This document shows, in pieces, positions 1-16,010 of a stretch of DNA of 64,000 nt. Location: assembly GCF_009914755.1 (NCBI RefSeq), contig NC_060930.1; one strand, given 5' to 3'. Made by a program: the position numbers and the translations under genes. Positions within the stretch are counted from its first letter, which is position 1. Every line of letters begins with the position of its first letter. The notes under the pieces were generated by a model. It saw nothing but the letters and a program-made list of their open reading frames with translations, was not told the DNA's origin and ran no database searches. Source of the stretch: the human T2T-CHM13v2.0 reference genome, Homo sapiens.

Positions 1-149
1 CTTCTTAGTTTTCTTTACATTCTCAACTCACAATGTAGTACCTAGAAAATAATAGTGGCTCAATAAAAATTTGATAAATAAAGTAATTTCATTCAGTAAG
101 CCATTGTTTTTATACTGAGAAGAATCTGTCTGAAATGTTGTTTATTTGC

Positions 150-390
150 ATAAACTTTCCAGTCAAACTTCCTGGGTTCAAATCCTGGCTCAAACACTTA
201 ATGACTGACTGTGATCAAGTTAATTAACCTCTCCGCGTCTTAGTTCTCTTATTTGTAAAATGTGGATAAAAACGGAAACCTACTTTGAAGTTATCCCCAC
301 TATTATTATGGGGGTTAAGGAGCTAGTAGATTTCAAACCCGTAGAGCAGGGCGTGGCCATAGTAAAGATTTCAATAATATCAACCTGTAT
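150..390 (+). mobile_element. MIR SINE
   Basis: cctgggttcaaatcctggctc...caagttaattaacctctcc...tctcttatttgtaaaatg matches the MIR core; boundaries approximate. Confidence 0.75.
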
Positions 391-3300
391 TTAGTATTTC
401 TATGTGACAGATGATGTTCTAGTACCACTATTCTACCAAAGGCCAAGCATATGTTCTTCACAGAGCCCACATCTGTATTTTGTGGTGATTTATTGGAATC
501 CTATATGAGAGTGTGCTTTACTGAGAATGATTATGCTGGGTTTCTGAAATCAAGGTTTAGATGTAAGAATATTTGGTGGGAAAATTATGAATAACAGGGA
601 GCTTCAAACTTCTAAAAATAAGTTTTTAAACGGTGAAAGCTAACAAGAAGCTGCAAAAATGTCTTTGCCTGAAATAATTGCCCTGGGATGGTGAGAGAGT
701 CATGTTAATTCTCGAAAGCTAAGCTCAAATGTTACCTCTTCCGCAAAGCCTTAGCTGAGGGCTCCACAAAGCAATTATGAGTTCCTTCTCAGTGCATTTT
801 AAATTGTTCACCTTTTTCTACCTTGAATTGTAGATATATATATGTTTTTGTTTTCTCTTACACTAAATATAAGCTTCTAGTGTCTAAGTCCACATCATTG
901 TACTGATTTTTTGCATCTGAAACATGAAGAACAATGGAAAATGGAACAAACTGGACAATTCTGCTGTCCTTTAATTTTTAGGCTTTCCTGAAGTAACATC
1001 AGGGGAAAATGGCACCCAGTATCTGGTGGAAGAGGCAAATCTCTAAGAAAAAATTATGTCTTTAAGAAAATTATTGAAGGTGATTTGATTTTAAAATAGA
1101 ACATGGGAGTATTTTCATAGCCCTCTAAATGTTGAAAAAAAAAGCAAAACCAAAGAAAAAGCTGAATAGCCATTGCTTTAGGTACTCTGGGAGTAGCATT
1201 GGCTGGCTCAAAGCCCTGGGAAGCAACTTAAAGTCATTCCTTTCTAACTCTGCATCACACTACCACACTTTACACATAAGCCGACTCTCAACTTCCAGAC
1301 CAATGCCAGAGATCAATGATTCATATAAATGCAGCCGGCAGATAATTGGCCAGTTGGGTCAGAATCACCAGCCTTGTTTCAGTGATAGAAACACCTGCCT
1401 GAGATAGGAGGTCCGATTCTCTTTAACAGATTCTCACCTGTCTAGCTCAGATGAGTTACATCAATACTGACCATGGAGCTGTGGCACAAAATCTAAGTCT
1501 GGAAGTCGAAATCTGAGCTCTGTCCTTGACCTAGCAGAGGGTCTGGCACACATTGAAGAGGCAAATGTCACTGACTGGCTCTGGACAAGCCATCTAAGTT
1601 ATCTGGGCCTCAGTTCTCTATAATGAGAAATGAAGGATTTGGACCACATTCCTTTTCAGCTGGTTGGCATTTCAGGGTGACAGAATGAAAATGTATGCCC
1701 TTTCATAATATCTGTATGAAAGACGAGAGGTAAGGTGTTATTACTTCCTCATTGGCTACCTTCTCCAATACAAGCATGCACACATACGCATAGACACACT
1801 TGCAACCACCTACGCATACACTTGCTCTGGCATTATTCATACAAGGAAACTAAAAACAGTTTACTGAATTTTCCTCTAGTGGCCTAACTGCATACTGCGT
1901 CTCCCTAGGTGCTTGGTGATGCAGGCAGTGACCAGCTAACTTTGAATCAGTGACCCCCGAAGGATGATACTACTGAACAGGTTATCATGGCTGCAAATAT
2001 CACCTGAGTAGAAATCTTGGTATAGCCCAGAGATTTCTAAGGACTGTGAATGCATACTTGGTAAAGCAATAATTTTGAGGAAAAAAATCCAGGTAATTAG
2101 AATATTTCGCTGTGCTCTTATAATTTATTATATTGACATTTGAGCCATGAACTCTTCAGATCAACCTTTTTCCTTGGGTTGAAAAACATCCAGAGAGGCC
2201 CTACCTAGCTCTAGAATTTGAATCCAAGTGTTTTTTTTTTTTTTTTTTTCCCGCCGGCAAGCTGGCAAAACCAGAACACTTATGTAACTGCCAGCTAGAA
2301 AAACTGGCTATTCTTATTGGTAATTTATTAAGTACAGAAAGCTGATTAAAAAGCAAAGAAAAAAGCCTTCATCTCACACACATATGCGTACATAAATGCA
2401 ACTGCCTCCCTGCCTCGCTTTGCAGCCCAACTCTGCAGGCCCCTGGACACATTAGCATTGAACAGGACAAATGGCCTATTTTCAATCAGCTGGAGTCAGC
2501 TGCCTCCCACGTGCCACTGCCTCTCTGGCTTCTCATTGTTTTTCAGGCCTCCAGCAGCAGGAGGTAGGGGACATGTGGAGCCACTCTCACCCTCTGGCCT
2601 TGAATCCAGTCCTTTTCATCACATCATAGACAGATACTTTCCAAGAACTTGAATGGGGATCCACAACCTCTCCTCTGGCTGCGCATTAATCTGCTCGTTC
2701 AAACATTCCTCTGCCTTTTTGCTGGCCTGGCCAACTGCCCAAAACGGTAATACTTAGAGTGGGATGACTTCTTGTGAACAGTAAGTACAGTTCAGGAGGG
2801 CAGGGCCATCTAATAACATCTGAGCCTAAAATAGAGCTGAGCTCCCTAAATGCCCATCTGGATCTGGAGTATGTGAATTGCCATAAAATATTAACTCTGG
2901 AAGGTGTGGGCATATAACCATTGGGAAGCTACCATGAGTAAAGGTCTGCTGGGTGCCTGGTGATGGATGATAAATAGGAGGCATTTTATTGTTCATCCTT
3001 GTCTTTAAGGAGCTGCCTTTAAAGATCTATCTCAGAGTCAGTCTTTGCCTTTAAGAAGCTGCCTTTCTAGCTGGGAAGATAAAACATAACCACATGAATA
3101 GCAGAGAGCTTCCACATGAAGAGGAAGTAAATTATGAATTTAACAGTGTCAGAGAGAAGGTGAATTTCCAAGCTGGAAGGCTCATGAAAATCTTGAATGA
3201 GGAAGTGGGATTTGATTTGGGCCTTAAAAGATTGGCAAGATTTGCACAGAGAGATTGGAAGGAGGGATAATGATTTCAATAACAAGGCAGGGAAGTATGA

Positions 3301-3429
3301 AAGCATAGCGTGTGGTGCACTGGACAGGAACTACCCTGGGGTGACTAGGGCAGAGGGTTGGTGACATGAATGATTGGTGGCAAATCTGGGAAGCTGAGCA
3401 GAGGGGGTATTCAAAAGACCTTTATTTTC

Positions 3430-3600
3430 TTCTATGACTGCTGTTGAATAGAGTCATTTGCCAGCTCTCTGCTATTTTTAAGATAACATAGGAAAAAAAA
3501 AAGATAACATAGGAATACCTCTTCAGTGCCTCATGGTAATGTGGTGTGGGTGACTGAGAAGCTGTTTGTAAAGCACTTAGAAACAGGCAGCCCATTCAAA
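3430..3600 (+). mobile_element. MIR SINE fragment containing a TSD-like duplication at 3480-3515
   Basis: MIR 3' half: cctcatggtaatgtggtgtgg...tttgtaaagcacttagaaaca; boundaries approximate. Confidence 0.55.
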
Positions 3601-6600
3601 ACAAAAAAGAGATTGCCGTATTATTTCAAACTGAGCCTTCTCTGTTCAATGAAGCAGCTTCTCACCTAAGCTGCTCCCTGGGTGTTCACCACGCAGTTTA
3701 AGAAGCAGTGTGAAATCTCTGCTGGGCCCTAGGCTATCATTTAGCACACTCAAGCACTGACTTCTGGATGGTCCTGTAGCATCCTGCCAGTATCCCCTTC
3801 TCCAGTTCTCTGCAAGGTGTTCATTTGACTCCCAGGGAAGAGGCTGAGTCAACAGTTATCGTGAAGCATGCACAAAGTGTGAGCTGCTGAACAGAGCACA
3901 ACTCAACCTTATTCGATTTATTGGAATCAAGAGTAACTGTGATTAGGGACACATTGCTGGAAATCAGGATATCTCTGCACGCACTTCCTCTGGCACAGGG
4001 AATGCCTTCTGAAGTGGATGGAGTCCACGCACCACATACTCACTGTCATGACTTCAAGAGCCAAATGTGGATCTCAATTTGGACTCCTCCTTGTGCCATA
4101 TCGCCATTGTGAAGCCTCATACCACCTAGTGAAGCCCACTTGGTGGTGAGAAAAGCAAAGCAGATGTTATGTATTCAGATGCATGTATATACATACTATA
4201 TCCACCTTGCTAGCTTTTATCTTTTAAAAAGAAATACATCTTAAAATGTGTTTTATGAGGTCACCTCTTCAATATTACTGTCCCATTCTATCCCAAGAAC
4301 CATCAAAGTTTCATGGTTTTAATGGGAATAAAATTTCCCTTGTTAGTGCACCTGGGGAACAATTTTCATTCCTATTTTAAGAACATAAGTGTACTGTTTT
4401 AAAAAGCTTTCCTGTAAGTCTGTGTGTCAGTGTATGTAAGAGGAGCAACAGTCTCTCTTTTTAAACTTTCAAATCCTGGAAATATAAGTTTACAGGGGGA
4501 GTTCTCTGTAGGAACAATTGAAAGAATAAATAGAGAGCTGCAGAGAGCATTTCAAATGAAGGCATCAGACAACTTTCAGATGATGATCCGAACTTCCTTG
4601 ACCAGTGGTCCAAGAATGGCAGGTACGGAACCCTCTGTCCTTCCAAGCGGAAGAACCACTTCATCTTCCCTGCTTCCTGGATTCCAGACCACAGGGCTTA
4701 TCCCAGGAGCCCCAAGAGATTCAGTGGCCTGATGATGAGAACCCTTAATCCAGCACTCGCTGATTTTAGGATTAGTAAATCTTGGTTTAGGATGCTGGGG
4801 AGAGGATGAAAGATGAGGCTAGTGAAAATTATGGGATACAAATTTTCAAATGACGTATTTCCTTAACTGCCTCCCTTCTCACATCTGGGCTAACAAAGAG
4901 AACTATACAGTCCCAGAAATTTATAGATAGAACAGTTATTTAGGGAACTTTACTGACCTTCTTTCTTCTCCCATCCCTCTTCTTCACCAACCCACAAGAT
5001 TAGAGAGAGAAGTATTCCTTTTGCTCATTTTTTTCAGACAGAAAGAAGGCCTCATTATTGATACCGTTGATGGTTCAGAGGTGAGAATTACCACAAATAT
5101 TACACACAAGATTAAGAGGTTAGATTTGCATTCATCACCAATCTCAGTTTCCACTGTCAAATCCCTATGCTTTTCCTCCACAAGGTTTTGCCACATCTTT
5201 TTAGACTCTTCTGAAAAGATATAGCACCACCTGGCCTGACACTCGAGCTTCTGCAGTTGGGCTGGAGTTAGATTGAAGGCATCTTTTCTTTGGTTACCTT
5301 ATGTGGCTTTTTGAAGAAATACTTGTGGAGGTCACTATTAGTTGCCCAGAATTTCCAAACAGGCTTAAACTGTTCTGAAGTATTTTGAAATATTATGACT
5401 TCTTCTTGGGCAGCACTTTTGAAATGACCGTGGCAACCCATCAAAGGGTCCTGATAAGAAATGGAAAAAAAAAAAAAAGGCAGAAGAAAAAAAATAAAGT
5501 ACAGAAAAAATGTCAGAGTGTATTATATGTAAAGAGGGTGGGTATTGTCTTTTAAAATTTGTTTTAATTATATGGACTTGAAAAGACACACATATGTGAG
5601 GACATGTGTGCATGTAAATACTGGGTCATTCTATAAAGATCTACTTAATAAAGAAAGTCTCACTCAAAAAATTTTGAAGACACTGCTGTAGGGTAAATAA
5701 AATGTTCCCAGCCCCCAGCTCCGGGACATACTCTTGTTGGGCCTCAGGGTACAATTTTGTACTCTACATTTATTCAACAAATGGTACCCCAATGACTGAA
5801 CTATTTAATCTCATGTATTTTATCCACGCTGACCCATGCCAAAATCAAGTATTCTCACTTCTACTCAGATTCCAAAAATGGGAACAAAACAATCCACATT
5901 GAATAAGTTGCCTTGATATCCCTTGTGATTAAAGTATTTGCATCAGGCTGGAGCATTGCCTAAGCACCCGCTCTGGACTAAGCATCTTCATATGTGCCAG
6001 GTCACTTCATTTCATTTCAGGGGTTGCAGCATAAGCCTACCCGCATACGCTATAAGCTGCCCAGACACACTTGGAGAGGTAGCAGGGTAACCCACCAGAC
6101 ATTTATTTGCATAAGGGGCTGAGAAAAGCTCTGGGAAAGAACACAACTCGAGTAAAAATGGAGTTTGTCAAGACAAACTTGACTGAGGAACAAAGCTTTA
6201 GTTATCTGAGTACAACCTTATTGTCCTTCAGCCTTGCCTTTTGGCCAAAATGTCAACTGAGTCATGTTTAAATCCTGTGAAGCCAGAGTAGTGTGGGAGA
6301 ATGAAGGAAAAATAACGACTAACAGTTAGTTTAACTAAAATTCTGTACAAAGTGGCAGTACCCCTGGACTCCTTTAAGCAAAGTAGGTCATTGATAGTAT
6401 AAGAAGACTTTTCCCCACTTCCCCTTGTGTACTCATGTGACTGTGACCAGAGTTCCTGTCCTTCAACAAAAATGCCAAAGTAGGACTCTGTGGAGCCCAG
6501 CAGAAGACAACACTGCCTAGTGGACAAGGCAGTACCTCAACAACCCCCTGGCATTAGCTGGGGGTGATCACTGATTGAACATTCCAGCACATGTGAAACA

Positions 6601-6723
6601 CTCTGTGGAAATTCCCGTGTTTTCTTTAAAGCTAGGACTTTGGAGTAATTTGATGTTCTATATAGAATGATGAGAGAACTAGCCAGAGCAATATTGGCTA
6701 CTCATAATTTTTATATAGATATT

Positions 6724-7079
6724 TGCCCTAGTCTCTTAGGCTGCTACAACAAAATACTGTATTCTGGGTGGGTTCTAAACAACAGAAATTTCTTTCTCAC
6801 AGTTCTGGAGGCTGTTAAGTTCAAGATCAAGGCTCAGGCAAATTCTGTAGTTGGTGAGGGCTTGCTTTCTATATCAGTTCATAGTTAGCACCTTCTTGCT
6901 GTGTTCTCACTTGGTGGAAGGATTGACGGGTCTCTCTAGGGCCTCTTTTAGAAAGGTATATAATCCCATTCACAAGGCCTCTGTCTCCATGAACTAATCA
7001 CCTTCCTCATAACATCACCTTGGGCATGAGGATTTCAACATATGAATTTTGAGGGGACACAAACATTCAGACCCTAGCA
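6724..7079 (-). mobile_element. MaLR solo LTR (MLT1A/MST-type)
   Basis: TG...CA ends; hallmark aaacaacagaaatttctttctcacagttctggaggctg...aagatcaagg and gatttcaacatatgaattttgaggggacacaaacattcag; near-TSD ATATT (6719-6723) / GTATT (7080-7084). Confidence 0.85.
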
Positions 7080-7989
7080 GTATTAAGTGTCAAAAAAAAA
7101 TACCATAAATCAAATGTTTCCTTTAAGTATCCTTTGGAGAATTCAACCTGTGATACTTTAGCTACTTGTTTTTCTAAGTTATTAATAAGGACTACACGGC
7201 ATGTACAAGGAGATGCTCTACATAATTGGAAGCTAGATACAGACACACAGATCAGAGAGTCTGGGTCACAAAGGAGAAAATGCTTCAGACTTCCTGGACA
7301 TGCACTAAGGTAGATACATTGCTTCAGGCAAGCTCTGATAAGAAGTTACTAAGGAAAGAAATAGGAATTGATCATTTCCAGATTCATTAGTTTACAACTG
7401 ATTCCAAAGTTGTGGAGAGGTATCAGAGCGTTTGAAAATTAAAATAACCAAATAATAGTTTTTAAACTTGCTGCAAGCTATTTCAGCAATGTAAGATATC
7501 AAAATGCATTATCTAGTTTGCTTGCTGGAGTGTTTTCTACTTATCTACAAATGAGATGATATCTTAATATTAGATAATATTTTTAGTCTTTTTTTCTAGT
7601 TTTACTTTTGTGTAATTTCTTAATTTTAAGTGAGGACTACTTTAATCTCATGGGGGACACAAATGCTATTTTTTATTTTTTTTTACATCTTTTTGTATTT
7701 TATGATCTTATACTCTGAAATTATCAGTTTGGCAGTTTGAAGAAGTGGTACTTTGATATTAAGCTCATTCTCTGGTGTTACACTATGGTTTTTGATACAT
7801 TCTTTTTTCACATGTAGACCAGCAGCTATCAAATAGAGATGTACATCAAAATAAGTATGGTTCTCAAAATTGTCAGGAAAGACAATGGCATTCAATAAAC
7901 TTGAGAGTGGCTCTTTAGGTTTACTACATATACGATTAATGCATCCAAGAAAGTAGGTGAGTAAGCATTTGAAATATCAAGTCCACCTC

Positions 7990-8209
7990 TGTTCCACACC
8001 ATTTATTGAAGAGTCTACCATATACAAGGCACTATGTTGACTGTAATACAAGCAAAGCTGTGTCAGTATAGATGAGTTCTTGAGGAACATGTGGTCAGCA
8101 GAGACTAAGTAAAATATACCAACCACTATTAAAAGAAAAAGTATAAGAGATGATGCAAAAAATTTACAACGGCTTGATGGGGGAAGAGTATTGGTGGTAG
8201 GGAGGTGTT

Positions 8210-8256
<47 letters not shown>

Positions 8257-8940
8257 CTTATATCCTATTGAAGGAATCAAGGAAGACCAAGGATGATGGG
8301 TAATTTAAAATAGGGCACAAGAGTGGATAAGAGTTAATAAGCAGAGATGTGTATACTTCTTTCTGAGGGAAGAGCATCAGCAGAGACATGAGAAAACTAA
8401 GTTTAGGGGGTCAAGCAGTAACATGGGTAGGTGGACTGGAGTGTGCAGGAGATGTTGGGGAATAGGATTCAGTCAGTGTAGTTTGGAATCATATGGGGAA
8501 AAGACCTGAACTAGCATAGTGATGCTACACTTGGGTTGATAGGCGTGTCTTCGATGATCATTTGATGGAAATTTTTAGGATGAACTGATGGGAAGTCAGG
8601 GACAGTATGGTATTGGAGTGGTTCAGGGGACAGAGCCGAAACTAAAACAGTGGCAGTAAAAATACAGAAGAGGTTAGAATTGGAGAAAGGGAGGCAGAAT
8701 CTTAAGTATATGAAAACTTAAGTAAAAAAGAAAATCAAAATTTTAAAATGACTTACTTCAAGGTAGATTAGAGCATGGTGTTGCCACTACCAGAAACATG
8801 AGTGTTAGGGGGAGAAACCGAGGTAAGGGGTGAACCAAGAGTGAGCCCAGTTTAAACACATAGTGTGGGAAGTTGGAAGTTTTGCCAAAACATTTAGATG
8901 GAGATGTTCAATAAGTAAATGGAAAAGATTTAGATGCAAT
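7990..8940 (-). mobile_element. L2 LINE fragments
   Basis: catttattgaagagtctaccatatacaaggcactatgtt is a reverse L2 3' end, followed by purine-rich L2 body; boundaries approximate. Confidence 0.6.
8216..8252. repeat. (TG)n microsatellite, about 18 units
   Basis: pure GT run seen directly. Confidence 0.95.
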
Positions 8941-9360
8941 GGCCAGGCCTAATACCACCCCCTATTTCCCCTAGAGGGTCAGTTCTGAATTGGGACAGAA
9001 AGGATTTTAAGAGCTCCTGATCCAAACTCTGAGACTCGGCATCAAATAATTATTACTCCAAGTCCATTGTTGCTGCCCTTGGGAACTTGGTTCTAGTAAC
9101 AGAGCCTTAGCAAAATGCTAAATACTAAGCTACTAACTTTCGCATCTATTATGTTTTCTTTTATTCTGTTTTTATCTGAGTGTCCAGTCTTGTGCCCATT
9201 TTCCTCTAGCATTGAGGTCCCTCAAAATCCCTCCAGGTGGCTGGGATCCTTAAGGCCTAGATTCCCAGAGATCAACTGTCACATGATTTCACATCATCAT
9301 GCTCTACCCAGCTGTCGAGACACCCTGGTTATTTCTCGTTAGATTTTTCTTTCCCTCAAG

Positions 9361-9385
9361 ACACACACACACATACACATAGATG

Positions 9386-9423
<38 letters not shown>

Positions 9424-9450
9424 TGCACACACACACCACCACCACCACCA
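9361..9450. repeat. compound (CA)n/(CAC)n microsatellite
   Basis: seen directly. Confidence 0.9.
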
Positions 9451-11002
9451 CGACCAAGATACACACAAGTTCCTGCTACTGATTTAGTATCTATTGATAG
9501 ATGTTTGGACACAAGACCATGGTATATGTTTTGGGCTGAATTTCCTCTCAGCATCTGCAATAGTTTTCTTTAGAAAAAAATTGGCACAAATTGCATGCCC
9601 CACCTTTTTGTTTGCTTCATGCCATGTGATTGACTGTGTCATGTAGGGTTATGATAATATTCTGGTTTAAGGTGTCATAGTTACACATGTAGATGTGAGA
9701 GCAAAAGCCATGGGAATGCATGAAATGTCCAAAGAAGTGGTACAGAGAAAGAAAAGACTAAGAGAGGATGTTGTAGAATGTCCATCTTTGGCAGGTGGGG
9801 AAAAGAAGAGGAACAAATGGAACAGGCTCAGAGCATACGTCAAAGAACAAGGATAGTGCAGAGTCACAAAAAGTAAAAGAAGATTTCAACAGAAGAGGCT
9901 GTGACCAAAATAATTAAATGCTTCAAAAAGCTTAAACTATAGAAAAAATGAAGAAAACAGTGGTTTTGTGTTTTATGTTTTTGTTTTTGTTGAATTTCAT
10001 CTCCCTTTTATGCATGAGGAAATATGCATAGGACTTAAATAATTTTTAAAACTTGCTTAGGTTCATTTTGCCAGTCATTTAAACATGAATTTACCTATAG
10101 TGTCTTGCACCTTTAAGTAACATTGAGAATAAGCTGAGGTTAACCAGTAAAAACTGCAGAGGATAAAATACTTTTTATTAGCTTCATGGATAAAGCAGAG
10201 AAAGTAATTAGGGAATTTACACAGGATTGAGAAACAGCACAAATCCAGAGACTGAAAAATCTAGTGGTGGAATTGGTTTAAACGGCTGATCCTGGGTTGC
10301 AAAATGAACAACTAGAAAAGGTGTGATGACAACGTTAAGTGAATGTGTCCTGTGGTTGAAATTTTCCATGAGAGGTGAAGAACAAGCTTAGTAGGAGAGA
10401 GTAGAAGAGGTGTATTCAGAAAACAATTTCAGAGTTTAAGATCACAGAAGTGGAGCAGATGCAGAGTGATGGTGTGTGACACGTAGATATTCAGTCAGGC
10501 AACTGCTGAAACAGTAGGGGTGAGGTTACTGAGTTGAGGGAACTGAAGTCTGGACAACAGAAGTGATGTAATGGAAATCTTCAGGAGCCATTTAGAGATG
10601 TAGGTTAGCCATTACTCTCTTATCAATTAGCTAGGAAGTCTCCTATTTTGCTTGAAAGCAGCCATTAGGGTAGTTTTTGAAGCAAAATGGACATATATTT
10701 CTCCTTTCTCTGGTTAGATCATGTACCTATGACTGGATTGTGAGAATGAGGAAAACTAATAGCACCCATATGTATATTGTTCTTCACCACTAAATTCTGA
10801 GTGACGTATTACACTATATTAGCTCACATGATTATCTTATATTTTTCAGGAATATATAGAGTAATTCAGGCACAGAGAAGCTGCCTCTGTCTTTGTTTCT
10901 GAACCTACCATTAGAGCAAAGTTCTTAAAATTATATACTAACACAGAGAAGAAAATATTGAGCACTTAGTCTACTAACTGCTGAGCTAACTACTTGACAT
11001 GG

Positions 11003-11723
11003 TATGATAGACAGTTTCTAAAATGGCTTCCAGTGATCTCCACCTCCTGATATTAATGTCCATGTTTCATTCTTTCCCCTTTGAGAGTGGGCTAGACCTA
11101 GTGACCTACTCTAACAAATACAAATGTGACAAAAGTGTGGAATGGCATTTCTGAGGTTAGGTTACAAAAGACTGTGACATCTGTCTTAGTTGCCCACTCT
11201 CGGTCTTGATTCTCACTTGCTCACTCAGATACACTGAGCTTCCGTGTTGTAAATAGCCCTATGGAGAAGCCCACATAGCAAGGAACTGAGGGTGGCTTCT
11301 GATCAACAGACCGTGAGTAGTGGAGGCACCCAGTCCAACAAATCTCCTACAGCCATGTGAGTGAACTTAGAAGTAGATCCTTCTTCCGTCGAGCCTTAAG
11401 ACAGCTGTTGCCCCAGCCCACACCTCAATTGCAGTGCTCAGGAGATTCTGAGTGAGGGAACACAGCTAAAACATATGTGGATACCTGACCACATATACAT
11501 TTGTATACACCAATAACATTCAAGCTGAGAACCGAATGAATAACTCACTCCCATTTACAATAGCCACACACACAAAAAAATACCTAGGAATACATTTAAC
11601 CAAGGATGTGACAAATTTATACAAGGAGAACTACACAACAAAACACTGATGAAACTGTTGTTTTTAAATCACTAATTTCTGAGGTGGAGGTAATTCATTA
11701 TACAGCAGGAGATAATGAATACA
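11003..11723 (+). mobile_element. MaLR solo LTR (MLT1E/F-type), interrupted by a 157-bp L1-derived insert
   Basis: 5-bp TSD CATGG at 10998-11002 and 11724-11728; MLT1 motifs gagagtgggctagacctagtgacc, gaggttaggttacaaaagactgtgac and 3' end cagcaggagataatgaataca; inserted into a minus-strand MIR. Confidence 0.85.
11498..11654 (+). repeat. Local duplicate of L1 segment 13476-13632 (154/157 identical)
   Basis: base-by-base comparison shows only 3 differences. Confidence 0.95.
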
Positions 11724-12977
11724 CATGGAGTATTTTAGTTAATGTTCCCAATAATCCTGTGTGGTAAGTGTCATTATATCTACTTTAGTGAGGAAACAAA
11801 GTAGTAGACCTGGAATATTAACCCAAAAGTGGAACTTTCCTCTCTAACACAGGACTGCACAACATAATGAAAAATAGGTAGATGGCTTATAAAATGAACA
11901 TTTGTGGCAATTTTATTCTGATTTTATGTTATTGTTATTATGTGGCCAGTTATGACCCCAGTGCCCCAACAGGATTGAAGTAATTCCTCTTAAGACAAAC
12001 TCATAGTGCCAAATTTTATGGTCCTCAAAAGTCTTCATCTTCATTAAACCTATTTTGGGGCCTAAACTGCTATTTCTTTTAAAAGACCAGAGGGTATGGT
12101 AATCTTTCATTTCAAAAGGTGGTGGAAAATATGTCACCTGATCGTCGAATGACCTCTGGTGGGTGAATCTAATTGATGACAAATGCAGCTCACTATAAAA
12201 CGTTTTCTAAAGTCTTGTCCTATAGTGAAAATTTTTAACTCAAGAACAACTAAAATCTTGGCTCTTTTTTCTGGTAACTCTTGAGACTCTTCTCTATGGC
12301 CTAATTTCAGAAATACCCAAGAAAAAGAGATCTGAATTATCTATGTGTGCAGCCAAGGTTAAATGTTCTAGAATACACTTTTTTCTTCTAACCACTGTAC
12401 TGAAGTATTTTCCAAAAAGCTATTTACATAGAAAACTGTGGTTGTTATATTTACAGAAAGGATTTTTATTTAAGAAATATAAGAAAATAAACCTCTATTT
12501 GCTACGAACAGCAGCTCCTTGGATGCTGGTGTCTGATGACCATCACACTAAGGTTTCCTCTGTAGATGATAAATGTTGATACCAACATGGAGGGCATATG
12601 CAAATGCATATGTGTATATGTGTGGGTGTGATGTGTGAGTGTGGGTGTGTATGAATGTGTGCGTATTAACACTTATGTGCCTGTGCTCACCATATTTGCT
12701 ATTTTTGTAATCTCCAGTCTTGACAAATCAGTTTCCCTATCACCCTTTCTTATTCTTTACAGTTCCTCCCGTATCACCCATAAAATTATTTTAAAAGTTA
12801 ATGCTGTAAGGGATCTTAGATAGACTATTTTCTCTCAAATGCCATTTTACAAAAAATAAATGAGGTTCAGAAAGAATAGACTAGGGTAGAGGACCAGAAA
12901 TAATCATTGTGATTTATTATGCCAGGCACTGTTCTGAGAGCTTAACTTGAATGAACATGAGTTCACTCTTCAAGACA

Positions 12978-15570
<2,593 letters not shown>

Positions 15571-15949
15571 TGAAAAGAAAACTGAAGTTATCCACATGTT
15601 CATACATATACATTGTATTATATAAAAATTTAAACCCACCACTAAAGTAGTTTGGTCTGAAGAAGAAAAAAAGGACAGTATTATCAGGATGCACTATTAG
15701 TATCTTCATTAGTTTACTAATGAAACTAATAATATTGCCTTTTTTTCCTCCAATAACGTGGAAGAAACCTTCCACAAACACGAGGAAACTAAGGAACAAA
15801 AGTATTAATTAGTTTGTAAAAAGTCACGCATGGTCTGAGAGATGAAGCCAGGATGGAAGGTTAGCGTCTGAATACATGATTTCTAATCTCATGTGTATAA
15901 CCTCTCCATTCAGAAACCATGCTGATAAAACCATGCTAAAATGGTTGGG

Positions 15950-16010
15950 GTTTTTTGTTTTGTTTTGTTTTGCCTTTTTTGTTTTGTTTTGTTTTTTTGT
16001 TTGTTTTTTA
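15950..16010. repeat. (TTTTG)n simple repeat
   Basis: seen directly. Confidence 0.85.

Noticed and set aside
4725-4770. C/D-box-like motifs (TGATGA...CTGA); also an imperfect hairpin with TGATGA at 12523-12588
   Set aside because: No terminal stem with correct box spacing and no recognisable rRNA/snRNA antisense element.
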